Shown here: positions 35,206 through 48,199 of the stretch, piece by piece
How positions within the stretch are numbered: the stretch's first letter is position 1
Layout of the letters: each line of letters opens with the position of its first letter
NCBI RefSeq assembly: GCF_001194135.2
Contig: NC_068981.1
Coordinates: 161,547,283 to 161,598,277 of the forward strand
Reading direction: 5' to 3'
Source: Octopus bimaculoides
Taxonomy: Eukaryota
Length of the DNA: 50,995 nucleotides
Made by a program: the position numbers and the translations under genes
The notes under the pieces: model-generated
The model's input: the letters and a program-made list of their open reading frames with translations, nothing else
Database searches by the model: none
Told to the model about the DNA's origin: nothing

Positions 35206-36432
35206 AAAGAATAAAGAACCTAAGTTAAATGCAAATATTTCCCAAAATTCAGATCTTAATGTTATCTTAGTTTCGTATTTTCTATTGTCTTCTTTAGTCT
35301 TACTCTTTACTTACTTCTTCCAACTTTGGTAGGTGTCTTCTTTCGAACTATGTCTTGTGCGTGAAATTGGGTGGACGAAAATTCTGTGAAAACCTATTTT
35401 TGTAATCCGTGATTTCTTTCCAACTATTGCTGTATTTCACACTTCAGAAATCGTTAACTAACCGAAGTGCACTTTTCATAAAATGTGACGAGCACGCATA
35501 CACAACCGAACTCGCATGATCTCACATAATTTTACAGTTAGTAATTAACATAACATTATATGACAATTATAGAATATCCAGTGCTTCAATCACCGCATAG
35601 CGAAAGAAATAGCATTTAGAAGAAATGTCAAAAAGTTAGAAATTAGTGAGTAAAACAAAACCAAGTAATTAACAGCACAAAATATAATGAGGAAAAAATC
35701 AAGTTGTTATTGTTTAGCATTATAATCATATAATCATTTAAATAGATGGACATTCTTCTAGTTCATTTTGGTGTGTTAGAATTATTTCTTGCAATTATAT
35801 TAAAGTGATGAATTGATATGTCTTTATCAAGTGTTTTCGAAATTTTGCTCATTAGTGTACGAGCAGTAGCAGTACTGAAGTGAGAGATTAGCATTATCCA
35901 TAGGTTTTCAGCAATTTCTGTGAACTTGAGTTTCGGATTCCGGGGTTCGAGACTTTTGAGTCTGTATCACGTCTCTTCTCTGTAAAACGATTTGGGACGT
36001 GGTGATAAGAAAGTATTTCAATCGCGAACACTTTTTCAACTAATGGATATTTCAGCTAGTCGAACTTTCTTTTATGATAAATCATCTGTTCTTTCTAGTA
36101 CTGAACGACGTGTTAAGTTAATTATAACGCTTTGAGGAAATTGCATCTCTAAAGCTCTAGAAGGCGATGATCTAATATTCAGTAAAGCAAATAGGAGTTT
36201 TTTTTGTCCTGTTGTTTTATCGTTTTGTTTGTTTGCATTAGATATAATTGAAGAGGTAGTTTTCCATATGATTCCATTGTATCGGTCACTTTGTTCATTT
36301 GATGGTGGATGGTAAGGAGTCGTTTTAGGAACATGAACAATATTCCATCAACTTATGAATTCCCCAAATTCAGAGCTTTCAGATTCATTGCTACGATTAA
36401 TATGAACAGAACTTGGAGCAACAAATAAGGTA

Positions 36433-36639
36433 CGAGTGGGTGCTGAAAAGTTCCTGACTGTCGCAAAAGGCCTGGCTGGAGGCCTTACCTTCTGAGTTTT
36501 TTTTTTTTAAATTTTTTACAAGGGACCACTACAATAAGTGTGTGAATCTGAGAGGAGAATATGTTGAATAAAACCATAATTAACTGATTCTCCTGTATTT
36601 TCTTTTACCCAAAGCCAGGAACTTTTCAGTATCCCCTCG
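36433..36639 (+). mobile_element. Mariner-derived MITE (207 bp)
   Basis: TIR CGAGTGGGTGCTGAAAAGTTCCTGACT versus CGAGGGGATACTGAAAAGTTCCTGGCT, with a TA TSD. It retains the transposase C-terminus KCVNLRGEYVE*. Confidence 0.88.
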
Positions 36640-37769
36640 TAAATAACGACGGGAAGCATTGAATTATAGCTTGTAAAGTTGTTTTTCTTAAGGTAATTAC
36701 GAAATGGTAACGCGTAATTTCACCGAGTACTGTCAAAATATGAGTAATTCATTTTAGTTATTGGTTTTGGCGACATAGCTTCGAAGGTTTTGTTTACTGA
36801 ATAAGCTAGGCAGATGTAATTTTGGTTCACCTAAATCCTGTGAGTATTCAACGCTTTGATGGGTTGTCAACTATATTATTAGTCTTCAGACCAACGCATG
36901 CTGCGGACAAATTCAAACGTTGAGGTTTACCTTTCAATCCAGCCTGAAGTGACCGAAATTGTGATAATGCAGACATTCCCAACAAGGCAGAGTTATGTAT
37001 TTCACAAACAAGAAACCTTATCTAATGTCTTCTTTTTACCTTTTGCTTGTTTTAAAGTCTGGTACTTTTTCTATCGGTCGATTTAAACAAATTAACACCA
37101 ATTGTCAAGCAGGGAAGCGGGTACAAAGACACACACACACACACACACATTATCGAACATACATAATCTATGTGCTGTGTTTGTTCACTGGTAGGCTGCA
37201 ATTTGGCACAGTGGAGATGACTCCTTCAAAGTGCCGGGTGTTAAAACTCTTGAAAATCATAGACAAGGCGAGAAAACTCGCCTTAAGTCTCATTCCGGAG
37301 CGATGGACATTGTTGTTTCCCCATTTTTGTGGTTTATCAACGTCACGTACCCATATATATATATATATATANNNNNNNNNNNNNNNNNNNNNNNNNNNNN
37401 NNNNNNNNNNNNNNNNNNNATAAGTATCATGTAATATACAAAGATTTAAATGCAAGCCACTATGAGTTTAATGCCTTTAATAATGCAATGCTCAGCGTCC
37501 GACAATTGTATTATCTGAGACATGAAACTGAAACTTATAGTAGTTTGTATTTAACTACTGCATATAATAAATGTGATCGCTTTCTTTTTGTCTCTGTCTC
37601 AGTCTGTCTACCTGCCTGTCTGTCTGATTCTCTCTCTCTCTCTCTATCTATAAGTACACACGCACACACACACACACATACTGAGTCATCCTATAAATAA
37701 TGCTGTTTTTTCAATTGCATGAAATAAGAGTTGGAAAGGAATGGGATAAACTACCTGCATCAACTTGCT

Positions 37770-40395
37770 ATAAAAGCAGGTAGTAATTTTACCTTGTTCA
37801 TTCTTAGTGCAAGTCTCCTGTTGTTGGTACGTTTTACTATTTTCCCTGTGTTTTGTTTGGTTGAAGAAATGCTGTGGAGAGTTGTTGTTGGTTTTGTTGA
37901 AAAGAACTGTTGATTGCTTTTTTGGAAGCAGCTTGTTGAAATTCCCCACCCCTGCGGGGGAATTATTGTTATTATATTTTGTAGCTTTTTAAGCCAATTT
38001 TGTGAAAAAAAAAAAGGAAACTTCTTTGCTTTCACCAGTGTCTGAAGCAGGTGAAAAGAGAATTTTACCGGCGGTGACGCCGAGAAAATTAAACTTTTGT
38101 GGAGAGAAAATATCACCGGTGGTATCGCCCAAAAAGTTCGCCGAGGTAGCGGAAGAAAAGAAACTCAGATAAACACGGAGAGAAGCAACCTGCAAAGATA
38201 CATGTCAATGTTAAAAAAAGAGGGGACCGAAATTCAAGTGGCCCCTCCGGAAGAAACAACTGACATAGTTAACAGGAGGAGAATCTTGTATAAAACTTAC
38301 ACCATAGCGAAAAAAAATGGATATATAAAACCGAGGAGAAAATAGTGGGAAAATGCCTCAGACCCTAAGAACGGAGGAGGTGGTTCTTCTTCCCGTATAT
38401 ATGGGAAGAAAAACGTCAAAGGAGAATTAGAAGGGACAATGCTAATTCAAGCAGAAGTCACAACCCTCGAAAAGATTGCAGAAATGATAAATGTCGGCGG
38501 AGAAGAAAGATTGATAGTATTTGTTGAAGGAAGAAAGCCAAGGCGTTTTAACTGCGGGTTGAAGGGCCACATAAGATCGGAATGTAAACCGAAAGAAACA
38601 GAACAACAATAACAACAACAAGAATTAGAAGAAACAACAAATGAAACGCCAACACCAACACCGAAAGTAGAGTCAACACCAATGCCGACAGAAGAGAGTG
38701 AAGAGAAAGACAGGGCGGAGGGGTGGCCGACTGTTTAAAAAAAAAACAAAAAAAAACACAGACCGCCCCTACTAAACTGAACTTTAAAAAAAAAGAACAA
38801 GAAAGTAAAAGAAAATATGTATATGGCCATTAAGGCATCAAGCAATAGACTCATTAACCGTTTGGCAGCTACTTCATCTGCCAAACTTGTTGAAAAGACC
38901 TCATCAAAAGCCTTTTTTATTTATAAAATCGGCCGAAAGGATTACGGACGGTTAAAGACCGAATTCTTTCACGAATTAGGCCCTCTCAGAATGGATTTTT
39001 CTCCATATATATACGAGGGCCTACGTTCAAATTTGCCTACGTTTCCCTCGAGCCCGGGCAAAGGAGAAAGAAAAAGAAAATGAGAACGAACGAACCTCGA
39101 AACACTGATGCAAGGGTAAGCAATATCGAACATTCGCGTAGGTTGTTTAATGGCGTGGCCTAGTGTCAAGCTGGAAGCAAGGTCGCTTCCTTAATGACAT
39201 CAGGTCGCGTAATTTGGGTGTTATTGTTCTTACAGAAACCCGGTTAAGGGGGCCAAGAGATCTGCTCCCGCTGTTGGATGGTTACGAGAATTTTTTCTCT
39301 CCAAGCTTGACATAGATAAGCTATATAGTAGAGACTCCGGCTACTGGAAACTTTTGGTGATTAAAGAGGACAGAGACCGGACTAAGTTGTTGATTCAGAG
39401 GGCATTAATCGGTTCCATTATTAATAACAAATGGTGGTATGCTCTCAAGCGAGCCATTAAATTTAAGTCTATTAAATATAGCATAGGTTTAGTGACTAGA
39501 GAGGCTAGGAGGGAATCAGCTTTAGTTAAGGACTTAGAGGAAGCAATGAGAACTGGCTGTGCGACTCAGGTGAAGACCAAGAGACTGGCGTTAAACCAGC
39601 ACCTCGAAGCCAAACACATGAGTTGCATTGTCAGGGCTAGACTTCGTGCAGTGGGTTGTGAGGGAATCAAGGCTGCAAGTTGAGCCCGAGTGGTGGAAGC
39701 CCAAAGTGGTAATGATGCCACAATCCGATCTTTGACGAACCAACAAGGGAAGTTGATAGACGAACCCGAAGAGATGTGTGAGGCCTTTCAGGAGTACTTC
39801 GCCCAGCTATTCGGTGGGGGCGGCGGACCGGATAATAGTAGGGACCTAACGGACTTCCTCGCCGGGCTGCTGCGCCTCTCGGGGTGGGACGCGGAGTGCT
39901 GTGAAGGGCCGATCACGCTTGAGGAAGTAATTGAAGCTATGGCAGACTGCGGCGCGGGTAAGGCGCCAGGACTGGATGGTCTACCCTACGAGTTGTAGAA
40001 GAGTATGCCAGACTTGTTCGGGCACCTGCTGGTGAATGTCTACGCGAACTGGCAGCAGAACGGGTTTATTCCCAGATCTGTGCACCGGGGAGGGGTGACG
40101 CTTGTCAGAAAGGACCCGGACAAGGGGGGATTCCGTTGATAATTTTTGGCCTATCACTCTGCTAAACGCAGAGTTGAAGATTTTAGCCAAATTGTTATCG
40201 AAAAGATTGGCGATGTCGCGGATGGTGTAATCGGGGAGGCACAGACATGTGCCGTTCCCAGCAGAACCGTCCAGGATAATCTCCATCTTATACGGTACAC
40301 TTTAGAGGGGTTTAATAGTGATTCTGGCAAGTATGGGGCACTGGTCCATTTAGACCAATCAAAGGATTTCGATAGGGTCGACCATCGGTACCTGT
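37770..40395 (+). mobile_element. Tx1/L1-clade LINE: ORF1 (zinc knuckle), partial APE endonuclease and N-terminal RT, 3'-truncated
   Basis: VFVEGRKPRRFNCGLKGHIRSEC (38521-38585); RVGCL..RGL..LGVIVLTET (about 39135-39240); GKAPGLDGLPYEL, PITLLNAELKILAKLL and LDQSKDFDRVDHRYL. The 5' boundary is approximate. Confidence 0.9.
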
Positions 40396-40689
40396 GGAAC
40401 AGATACGATAATGTATCTTGCATTACCTCCTAACAGTTCCGTCAGTTTATCGCTATGGATTAGTAGTTATTTTTTCTTTTCTTTTTTATCGACCTCGAAA
40501 GGATGACAATCAAAAGCTAGCCTAGTAGGATTTGAACTCTGGGCACAGAGTCGGAACAAATACTGCAAGGCATTCTATCCAACGTTCTAGCGGCGCTGCC
40601 TTACGTGATGATACTGCTGATTCTATTGTTTTTTTCTCTACAGTAGCAACTTAAAGATTATGTTTATTTGTAATAATTCTTTCCATTGT

Positions 40690-40880
40690 TAGTACAAGAC
40701 TTGAAACGTGAGGGAAGAGGTAAGTCGATTACATCAATCCCAGTACTCAACTGGTGCTAATTTTATCGACCCCAAAAGGACGAAAGGCAAAGTCGACCTC
40801 GATGAAATTTGAACTCAGAACGTAAAGCTTGAAGAAATGTTGCTAAGTATTTTGTTGGTCGTACTAAAAATTCTGCTGGT
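40690..40880 (-). mobile_element. SINE family A
   Basis: AAGGCAAAGTCGACCTCGATGAAATTTGAACTCAGAACGTAAAG. Confidence 0.8.
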
Positions 40881-41019
40881 CTACAAGAGTAATAATTCAT
40901 AGACCCTTCCAATAGTTTTGTTGAAATGGTATCATGTAACGTAAAGATTTTCATAATTTTGTAAGCTGTAGCAAACAGCACTTCGATCGGTTTCCTAGTT
41001 TTGGTAAAAAAAAAAAAAG

Positions 41020-41054
<35 letters not shown>

Positions 41055-41667
41055 TATCTCGAAAAGCTTCTTTCGATTGTGATATACAAAATTTACGATA
41101 TTTTGATATTTGTTTAAGAAAACTGACAGTCATAAACAGATTTCCCAGATTGTTGTGTCAATGAATATAATTTTATTCGTTCACTGAGTTTATTTTTATG
41201 TTACTAGTAAATTTAGAAGCGATGAAAATTTTTGCTCCTGAATAATATTGTTATACTATCTTCAACTTCCTACTTTCAAATTTCAGGCCATTCTATTTCA
41301 TCGTAGTAACAAGTTATTGTATCTCCCAGACTTAATAGAAATAAATCAGTGTTTATCATTCTCATCTGGATTCATGACTATAAGACATCTTTCAAATAGA
41401 TAATAGAATATCTTTTTATGTAGAACGATCGATTCTTATTCATGATATAGTTTAATACCGTGACATCTGGAGTATGAAAATTGTAATCTGTAATTTCAAG
41501 AAGTCAATATCTAACCAAAGACGAATTATACGCTCCGGAAACTGTTGACGAACATAAGTCACTTCGTTCAGTTTTTGTAAGTAGTGAGCAAGTGTGTGCA
41601 CAGGACTCCCGTGATCTCACATGATTCTATTGTATGTTACTCCTTTATCAATATAAGACATTTAAGC

Positions 41668-41880
41668 AAGGCGGCGAGCTGGCAGAATCGTTAGCACGCC
41701 GGGCTAAGTGCTTAGCGGCATTTTTTCCGTCTTCACGTTCTGAGTTCAAATCCCACCGAGGCCGACTTTGCTTTCATCCTTTCGGAGTCGATAAAATAAG
41801 TACCAGTTGAGTACTGGGGGTCAATGTAATCTACTACTCCCACAAATTTCAGGCCTTGTGCCTTTAATAGAAACGATTAT
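41668..41880 (+). mobile_element. SINE family A, full length
   Basis: AAGGCGGCGAGCTGGCAGAATCGTTAGCACGCCGGGC..GGCCTTGTGCCTTTAATAGAAACGATTATT. Confidence 0.9.
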
Positions 41881-42765
41881 TATTGCTTAAGGAAAGAAGT
41901 CCAGCAGCCATAATCTTCGCAAAGTCTCCGAGATTGGCAAGAAGTGGAGGAAAGAAACCACTACATATGAGTTGGTGCAGTTGGAGGAAACACATAAGGA
42001 AATATATACGTTACCATAAGGCAACCAAGGAACCTCACACATCTTCGTCACATTTATTTACCTTTCAATAAGAATACAGGTGGGTGGGACAACACTTCCC
42101 TCTCCACTGTCACTTTTCTTTTTGAGTGGATCTTGAAAATGTCGATGAGAACTTGGCTGAAGAGGAAATATCTGTCTTCAGTCCTTTCAACCTCCTTCAC
42201 CACACTACCTCTTTCACCATAGCCACTAAACGAATGAAGACTGCATGGTCCACTCAGCCAAAAGAAGGCGGTGGGGCGATCTTCACGTTGGACTCTGCCG
42301 ATAACCGGATCCACCCTACACGTGTCAACAGCTGTTCGGCAAAGCGCCACATGTCAGCAATTCCCGGATACTGGACAAGTGCCTGAAGAGCAGTTTCATC
42401 GCTCTGCGCGCATCTCAGATAGGTTCGTCTAATAACACTTCTGTGCCTGTAGAGCTTATCCCGAACTGGCAGAACACTTCGGTAGCATTGCCCATAGATT
42501 TCTGGAGATTATCCATAGGCCTCAGCCCAAAAGTCCTCCAGAAAAGACCAGCTAATTGATCTCCCTCGATGCCCAGAGTTTCCCCGAGGACGTCGTAACT
42601 GTTGCCCGCCATTAATCCCCATAGAGCTCCAATGTGGACCTTGCACCGACTGTATTACCCGACTGGCAGAGGTCTGTAAACAGTTGCCGATACTCCAAGT
42701 GCCAAGTGCTCCCCCTTTGTCTATGCTTGATCCAAAACTGTAGTTCCGTCAATGAGACGTGCGGC
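41880..42765 (-). mobile_element. Tx1/L1-clade LINE 3' end
   Basis: DVLGETLGIEGDQLAGLFWRTFGLRPMDNLQKS aligns with DVLGEILGVDENQLTGLFRRTFGPRPMDNFQKS in the 10-kb copy, then continues to a 3' UTR. Confidence 0.85.
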
Positions 42766-42859
42766 GGAAACCCGAACTTTAACACTCTAACCTTTACACT
42801 GAACCCAAATGCTAACCCTGATCAGCTCATTTAACTGCGTAAGACTAGGGACACTGTGG

Positions 42860-43130
42860 TAGAGAGTACGCTAAGGTAACACCGACTCACCAAAAATGAT
42901 ATTGTACAAGGCAAGGGATTGGCAAAACAAGTAAATATACCAGCAGAAGAGTTTGCTGGATTTTTCACATCTTGATGCTATCATTTTATGAAGAAACATA
43001 ACCTAAGCATGAAAGTGAAAGAAGAAGCTTGAAGAGATTTCAGAATAACTCGTGGAGTTTCTCTCGAATATGTGATCACCGTCAGAAAAGAAACAAAATA
43101 TGAAGTATAACAAGGCAAATAGACGGGACT
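42860..43130 (+). pseudogene. pogo-like transposase fragment (CENP-B HTH region)
   Basis: IVQGKGLAKQVNIPAEEFA..FMKKHNLS, resembling KA..LA..F.AS.GW..RFMKRH.LS. Short and decayed. Confidence 0.45.
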
Positions 43131-43145
43131 GTCTTAGTCACGTTA

Positions 43146-43728
43146 TAGGGCCCCGGATAAATCAATTCACTGGGCCCAAGCTGGAGTAAGGCCCATAGAG
43201 GCCCTAAGCATTTAAAAGATTTTGGTGCCTCCTTATATATGTAATTCAAAATACAAAAAATAGCAAATCATTAAATAGATTTTTAATTTTCAAAATGAAA
43301 CAAAACTAACAACAAGATGGAAAATAATGTTTATTTTGTATATTTCCGCTTTATTTATATTTGAAACATTTTCTTCTACTTCTTTTTTTAATTTGCAAAG
43401 TCTTTGATCAGATCCTCACTATGACACCATGAATACTTCGAAATTATATTTCCGATCGTATATACCACTTCGAATATTATCTTAGCAAGTTTAAAGTGAT
43501 TTCTTTTGTACCGTAAACCATTTACCATTTCTGTGGTACATCCACTATCCTTGATGCCTTATGCATGTGCTTATTTTGCTTAATGGTTCATCCAATGCTG
43601 ACGGAGCTCTATGATATTTATTTATTGAGAGCTGGCCAAAGTATACATAAATTAGAATTTGGCCTTAAACCTGTGAGGCCCCTGAGCAACTGCCCAGTGT
43701 GCTCATGCCTTAAGACGGCACTGCAATT
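43146..43728 (+). mobile_element. hAT-type MITE (family of 18660-19075) followed by the end of a second hAT-like MITE
   Basis: 43195-43600 aligns with 18680-19075. 43680-43728 ends CCTTAAGACGGCACTG. No TSD was found. Confidence 0.65.
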
Positions 43729-44251
43729 AAGCAATATGTAAACTGCAGTTGTAACTTCTCAACCGGCATTATCAAAGGCGCTAAGTTATTTTCAAGGATT
43801 TTTTTTCTTTTCTTTTCTTTTCTTTCTTTCTTTCTTGCGATCTTTTCTGTTTGGCTGCACTTGTAGAAATTTTAAAGTTCAGTGAAGATTTTAAAATTTG
43901 ATGTATTGATGTAATTTTCCATGCTGAATCTTATACAAAGAACTTCGTCTTCCATGCCGTAAAATACGGTAACGCATGGTGACTGTCATAAATAGACACT
44001 GTATTTTATTGACTGTAAGCTATATCTAACATAGTCAGCTGTGTGTGACACACAAGAAAAATAGTTTACATTAAAGATTAGTTTCAGAGAACTCCCTTTA
44101 CATGAACACACACACACACTCTCTCTCTCTCCCCCTTTCCTGTCTTTCTTCCTTTCTTTTTCTCTCAATCACGCACTTTCTCGCACACCCGAATGCACGC
44201 GCGCGCACTCTCCGAATATAACGGAGCCTAGAATGTCACCTATCTCTATAG

Positions 44252-44438
44252 TAGTGCTCTGCAACCTTTACGCATTTGCTGAACACTTATATTCTTTTCA
44301 TAATTCGGTGGCACACCTGAACTAAAAATATAACTAGAAGTATAGGGGAAAAAAATTATACTCAGGTTATACTGTGGCATACTTAGCATCGTCTCGTGGC
44401 ACACCAGTGTGCTGCGACGTACCGGTTGTGGAGCACTG
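44252..44438. mobile_element. hAT/Charlie-type MITE (187 bp) with 8-bp TSD
   Basis: TIR TAGTGCTCTGCAACC versus CAGTGCTCCACAACC. TSD CTCTATAG/CTCTGTAG. Confidence 0.85.
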
Positions 44439-45814
44439 CTCTGTAGTATGCAGAGAAGATAATCGGGTAGCGAAATAGTAGGAATCTTGACAATACCTCG
44501 GAAACGCCAGCACAGGTAGTCAGAACAATCTAAATAACTTCCATCCCCATTTCACTCCTACACACCCGACAGTTTAAGTAGTGAATATATCCGGGTATAG
44601 GGTAGTGAATTATGTTCATGTAAAACTATTTTGTTTGAAACCAGATATTTTTTACGAAATAAATATCTATGATAAACCATCAAAACCTTTCTTTTTCTGT
44701 TTTTTATTCTGCATATACTTTGCTAATTGTAGGGTGCGTCTAATCACTAGTAGCTGCTTAAGAAGAAAGGAATACGGCAATTTAATATTTAGTTTCCACA
44801 ACCGTGTGAACGGTACTTTGTATACACTCTGTATATTATAAAGATTATAAATGAAACATTTTCACAAGACAGACAGCGGTTATTTTTCAGTTATTTTTAT
44901 AGTCGGAAGAAAAAAAAAAGCGAAACAAAGTAAATCACGAGGATACGAGGAATAAATAAGATATATATCACCATCATCGTCGTCGTCGACATTAACATCA
45001 TCATCTCCACCACAACTTCTTCTTCTCTGATTATCTTATGTAAACAAAATGCTTTTTTTTTCCTCAACTTTTTAAAAATTCATTCTGTCATTTTTTTTTT
45101 TTTGTAAATAAAAAGTTTTAATCAGTAATTGGTAAGACGAGCAGACGACTTGCTAAAAATGACAGCCCAAATCACTCTCAAATCAAACCTTATTATCTTG
45201 AAAAAAAAAAAGAAGAAAAAAAAAGACATATAGAATAATGCATATCTATATATCCATTAAAAGCTAACAGGGTGGTCCTCGCTTCTCGATCAGGGGTCTG
45301 AGCAAGATGAACAACAGTAACTGGCGCAAGTTTGTCGTTCGGGTTTCAATTCCCACGTCTTCTAAAACATCTTGAGTGTTTGGTGGGTTGTTAGCATAGC
45401 TCTGGCCCTTGTGTAATTACGATCTCTTTGTTCCAATGAGTCGTGAATAAACAATCACGTGATTGGATTGGATAACCTGCGTAAAATCAGGATTCAATTG
45501 ATGTATACACCATCACGTGACAAGGTCATGTGACCACTCGTAAAAAGATACCTCGTATAGACTATTTTCCCACTATTCAAACCTAGTCAGCCGAATGATG
45601 AACATATTTCTACTGCAAGTGTGAAAAGTGAGCAGGATTACAACCAATATTTCGACCAACGAAATTACATATTCCAGATTAGTCGAGCTGCTAAAGTTTC
45701 CATCTCTTTTGATGTCAATAAAGTCGAACAGTTATTGGAGTATATCTTCGATTTGTAAAACATCATGCAATTAACTGACTTGACCTATAGCTCTAGCTAT
45801 CATTTATCTTCCTT

Positions 45815-46110
45815 TTGTTTCAGTCATTAGTCTGCGGCCATACTCGGGCACCTCCTTCAAGGTTTATTCAAACAAATCCACTCCCCACCCCACACACTCC
45901 AGAATACTTATTTACAAAAGAGAATAAAAAGGCTCAGTACATAATCTTTCGTTTTCGTTTTTTTACAGAACCGCTAAATTACGAGGACGTAAAACAACAC
46001 CGGTTGTCAAGCTGTGGCGGGAGACAAACAGCACAAACATGGACGCAATGTCGTTAAACACAAAGACGCGCGCGCACACACACACACAAAATAACAGCTT
46101 CCAAATCCCG
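45815..46110 (-). mobile_element. SINE family B, 3' half
   Basis: TTTCAGTCATTAGTCTGCGGCCATACT..GAACCGCTAAATTACGAGGACGTAAA..CCGGTTGTCAAG. Confidence 0.7.
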
Positions 46111-46293
46111 TTTTCTGACTGGGTAAATAATTATCAAGCTTTAAACATCTATAACTTTCTTTTAAAAGCTTTCTGGAAAGTGAAATATCTCCTGAGATTC
46201 GGCATAGAAATTTGCATCAATACACCAACTTTTAAAATTTGCAATAAAACACAAAAGACCGCCCCACACATATACATACATACATACATACAT

Positions 46294-46464
46294 TATATCA
46301 TGAGAATACATACAAAAAAACAAAACATACAAATCTGCACGTATATATATTTACAAAAATACCCTGTTGATGCTGGTGAAATTCCAATGATGGAGCCTTG
46401 GATCTAAGTTAAAAACTGACTCTTTCTCTATTGGCAAGAAATCTCGAAATAAAACTGAATAATG
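46294..46464 (+). mobile_element. R4-like element, 3' UTR only, flanked on both sides by (ACAT)n
   Basis: CATGAGAATACATAC..AAATACCCTGTTGATG..GAAATAAAACTGAATAATG matches the 3' UTRs at 798-1050 (minus) and 17223-17429. Confidence 0.82.
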
Positions 46465-46680
46465 ACACATACATACATACATACATACATAACACAAATA
46501 ATATAGGAGCATATGCATGTATACATACATATATGTATATACCTACATCTACATGTATATATAGATGCATATCCGGGTACAGGATGTCAAAAAGGAACGG
46601 GAACATAAAGCACAAAAAACGGACTTTTTTACAGACAACAAAATGAACACATAGGAAAACAGACGAGCCACTTATGGAAC

Positions 46681-46752
46681 TTTTCCTTCATCAGCTGCCT
46701 CTATTCTAAACTAGGCGTTTCGAAAATGAGGCAGAACGCGCTCTTAGAATAG
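46681..46752 (-). ncRNA. Candidate hammerhead ribozyme with permuted (ABCABC) strand order, followed by a T-rich Penelope-like tail
   Basis: Minus strand: CUAUUCUAA GAGC GCGU-U / CUGCCUC AUUUUC GAA-ACGC CUAGUUUAGAAUA GAGGCAG CUGAUGA A GGAAAA. All three stems are in register with the core. Confidence 0.6.
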
Positions 46753-46789
46753 CTCTACACACACATACATGCATGCATACATACATAAT

Positions 46790-46915
46790 CTTTCATCTAC
46801 CAAATTCACTCATAAGGCTTTGATCGACCCGGGGCTATAGTAGAAGACACTTTTCCAAAATGTCACGCAGTGGGACTGAAATCAAGACCATATGGTTGGG
46901 AAGCAAACCACACCT
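46790..46915 (-). mobile_element. SINE family B, head half
   Basis: CCAAATTCACTCATAAGGCTTTG..GCAGTGGGACTGAA..CCATATGGTTGGGAAGCAA. Confidence 0.75.
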
Positions 46916-47354
46916 GCACTGCACCTGGTTAGTGTGAAGGATTAAAATAGTGATTTTGCTTTTATTGTTTAATTAGAGACGGAAGTGACAGGGCGGTGCT
47001 TCTGATCTTTTGCATGACCTCTAAAACTGTCGGTAGGAAAGGAGAAACTTAACGTGAGAATGAAAAATCCTGCTTGAATGCTTCCAACAGAGTGGATTCT
47101 ATTAAAGGTGCTGAAAGACAAAAGTGCTGGTATTAAAACAGGTGGCTGAGCACATTGTCAGCAACGAAAACAAGATTCATTTGCCAACCAAAGAGTTAAC
47201 CTCTTTGTAGTTGCTTAGCCTAATAGAAACAACTTCCTCAAGTGACACACAGGAATCTTAAAAGAAAATAGAAAAATGGAGGGTACATTGGAGAATAAGG
47301 CCGATGATCATGGTTGAAGTACCTCTGAATATTGTTTATTCATTAATTTATTTG

Positions 47355-47645
47355 ATTGCTCAGTGGTTAGAGCATCAGACTCAAAATCCTAAGGTAGTGA
47401 GTATGATTCCTGGACCGAGCTGTGTGTTGTGTTCTTGAGCAAGGCACTTTATTTCATGTTGCTCCAGTTCACTCAGCTGTAGAAATGAGTTGCGCCGTCA
47501 CTGGTACCAAGCCGTGTAGGCCTTTGTTTTTCCCTTGGATAACATCGGTGGCATGGAGAGGGGAGGCTAGTCTGGACTTGTGCCACGGAGGGGAACTTTC
47601 TAGGTGCAATCCCATGGTCAATCATGACCGAAGGGGGTCTTTACT
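47355..47645 (+). mobile_element. SINE family C with internal deletion
   Basis: Aligns with 15149-15485 (TTGAGCAAGGCACTTTATTTC..GGTGCAATCCCATGG). Confidence 0.8.
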
Positions 47646-48199
47646 TTTACTGGCTGGTTAATGGACAGCTGGATTAAATTGTATTATCTTCATTACAAGC
47701 TGTAAGGGACAGCGTTAGGTCTGCTAAGAGTGATGCTATTAGAAAGGAGAAGGGCAGGTATGGCAGTGTGGGCGGAAACAGGGAAGGGATCCAAGGAAGG
47801 AACGGGTGGAAGAAGAGAGAAGCGAAAGGATTAGATTGTAAGCAATGGAAGTGGCGGAGGGTGGTGTGTTGTAGACTTTATAAGCCTAGTACTTATTCTA
47901 TTGGTCTTACCAGAGCCTTCCTGCATGTCTTGAAAAGAATTGCTGTAAAACTATTAAGGACTGTTCATGAATTCAAGCTCATCTCATCAATTCAATAGCT
48001 GATATAATACCTTTCTCTCAAATGTCACCAGGGTCGACTTTGCCTTTTATCTTTCCAGGGTTGATTAAATAGGGACTAGTTGAACACTGAAGCCGCTGTA
48101 ATTCACTTACTCCTTCCACCGTGACTGCTGGCCATGTGCTAAAATTAGAAACCGATATATCTTTCTGTTTTATGCTGATTACCTCTTCCTGGTGTAGAA

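Noticed and set aside
35750-36400. Possible minus-strand transposase relic
   Set aside because: No motif could be recognised with confidence.
41007-41049. Poly(A) run of about 43 nt as a processed-pseudogene tail
   Set aside because: There is no upstream ORF or known element and no TSD was found.
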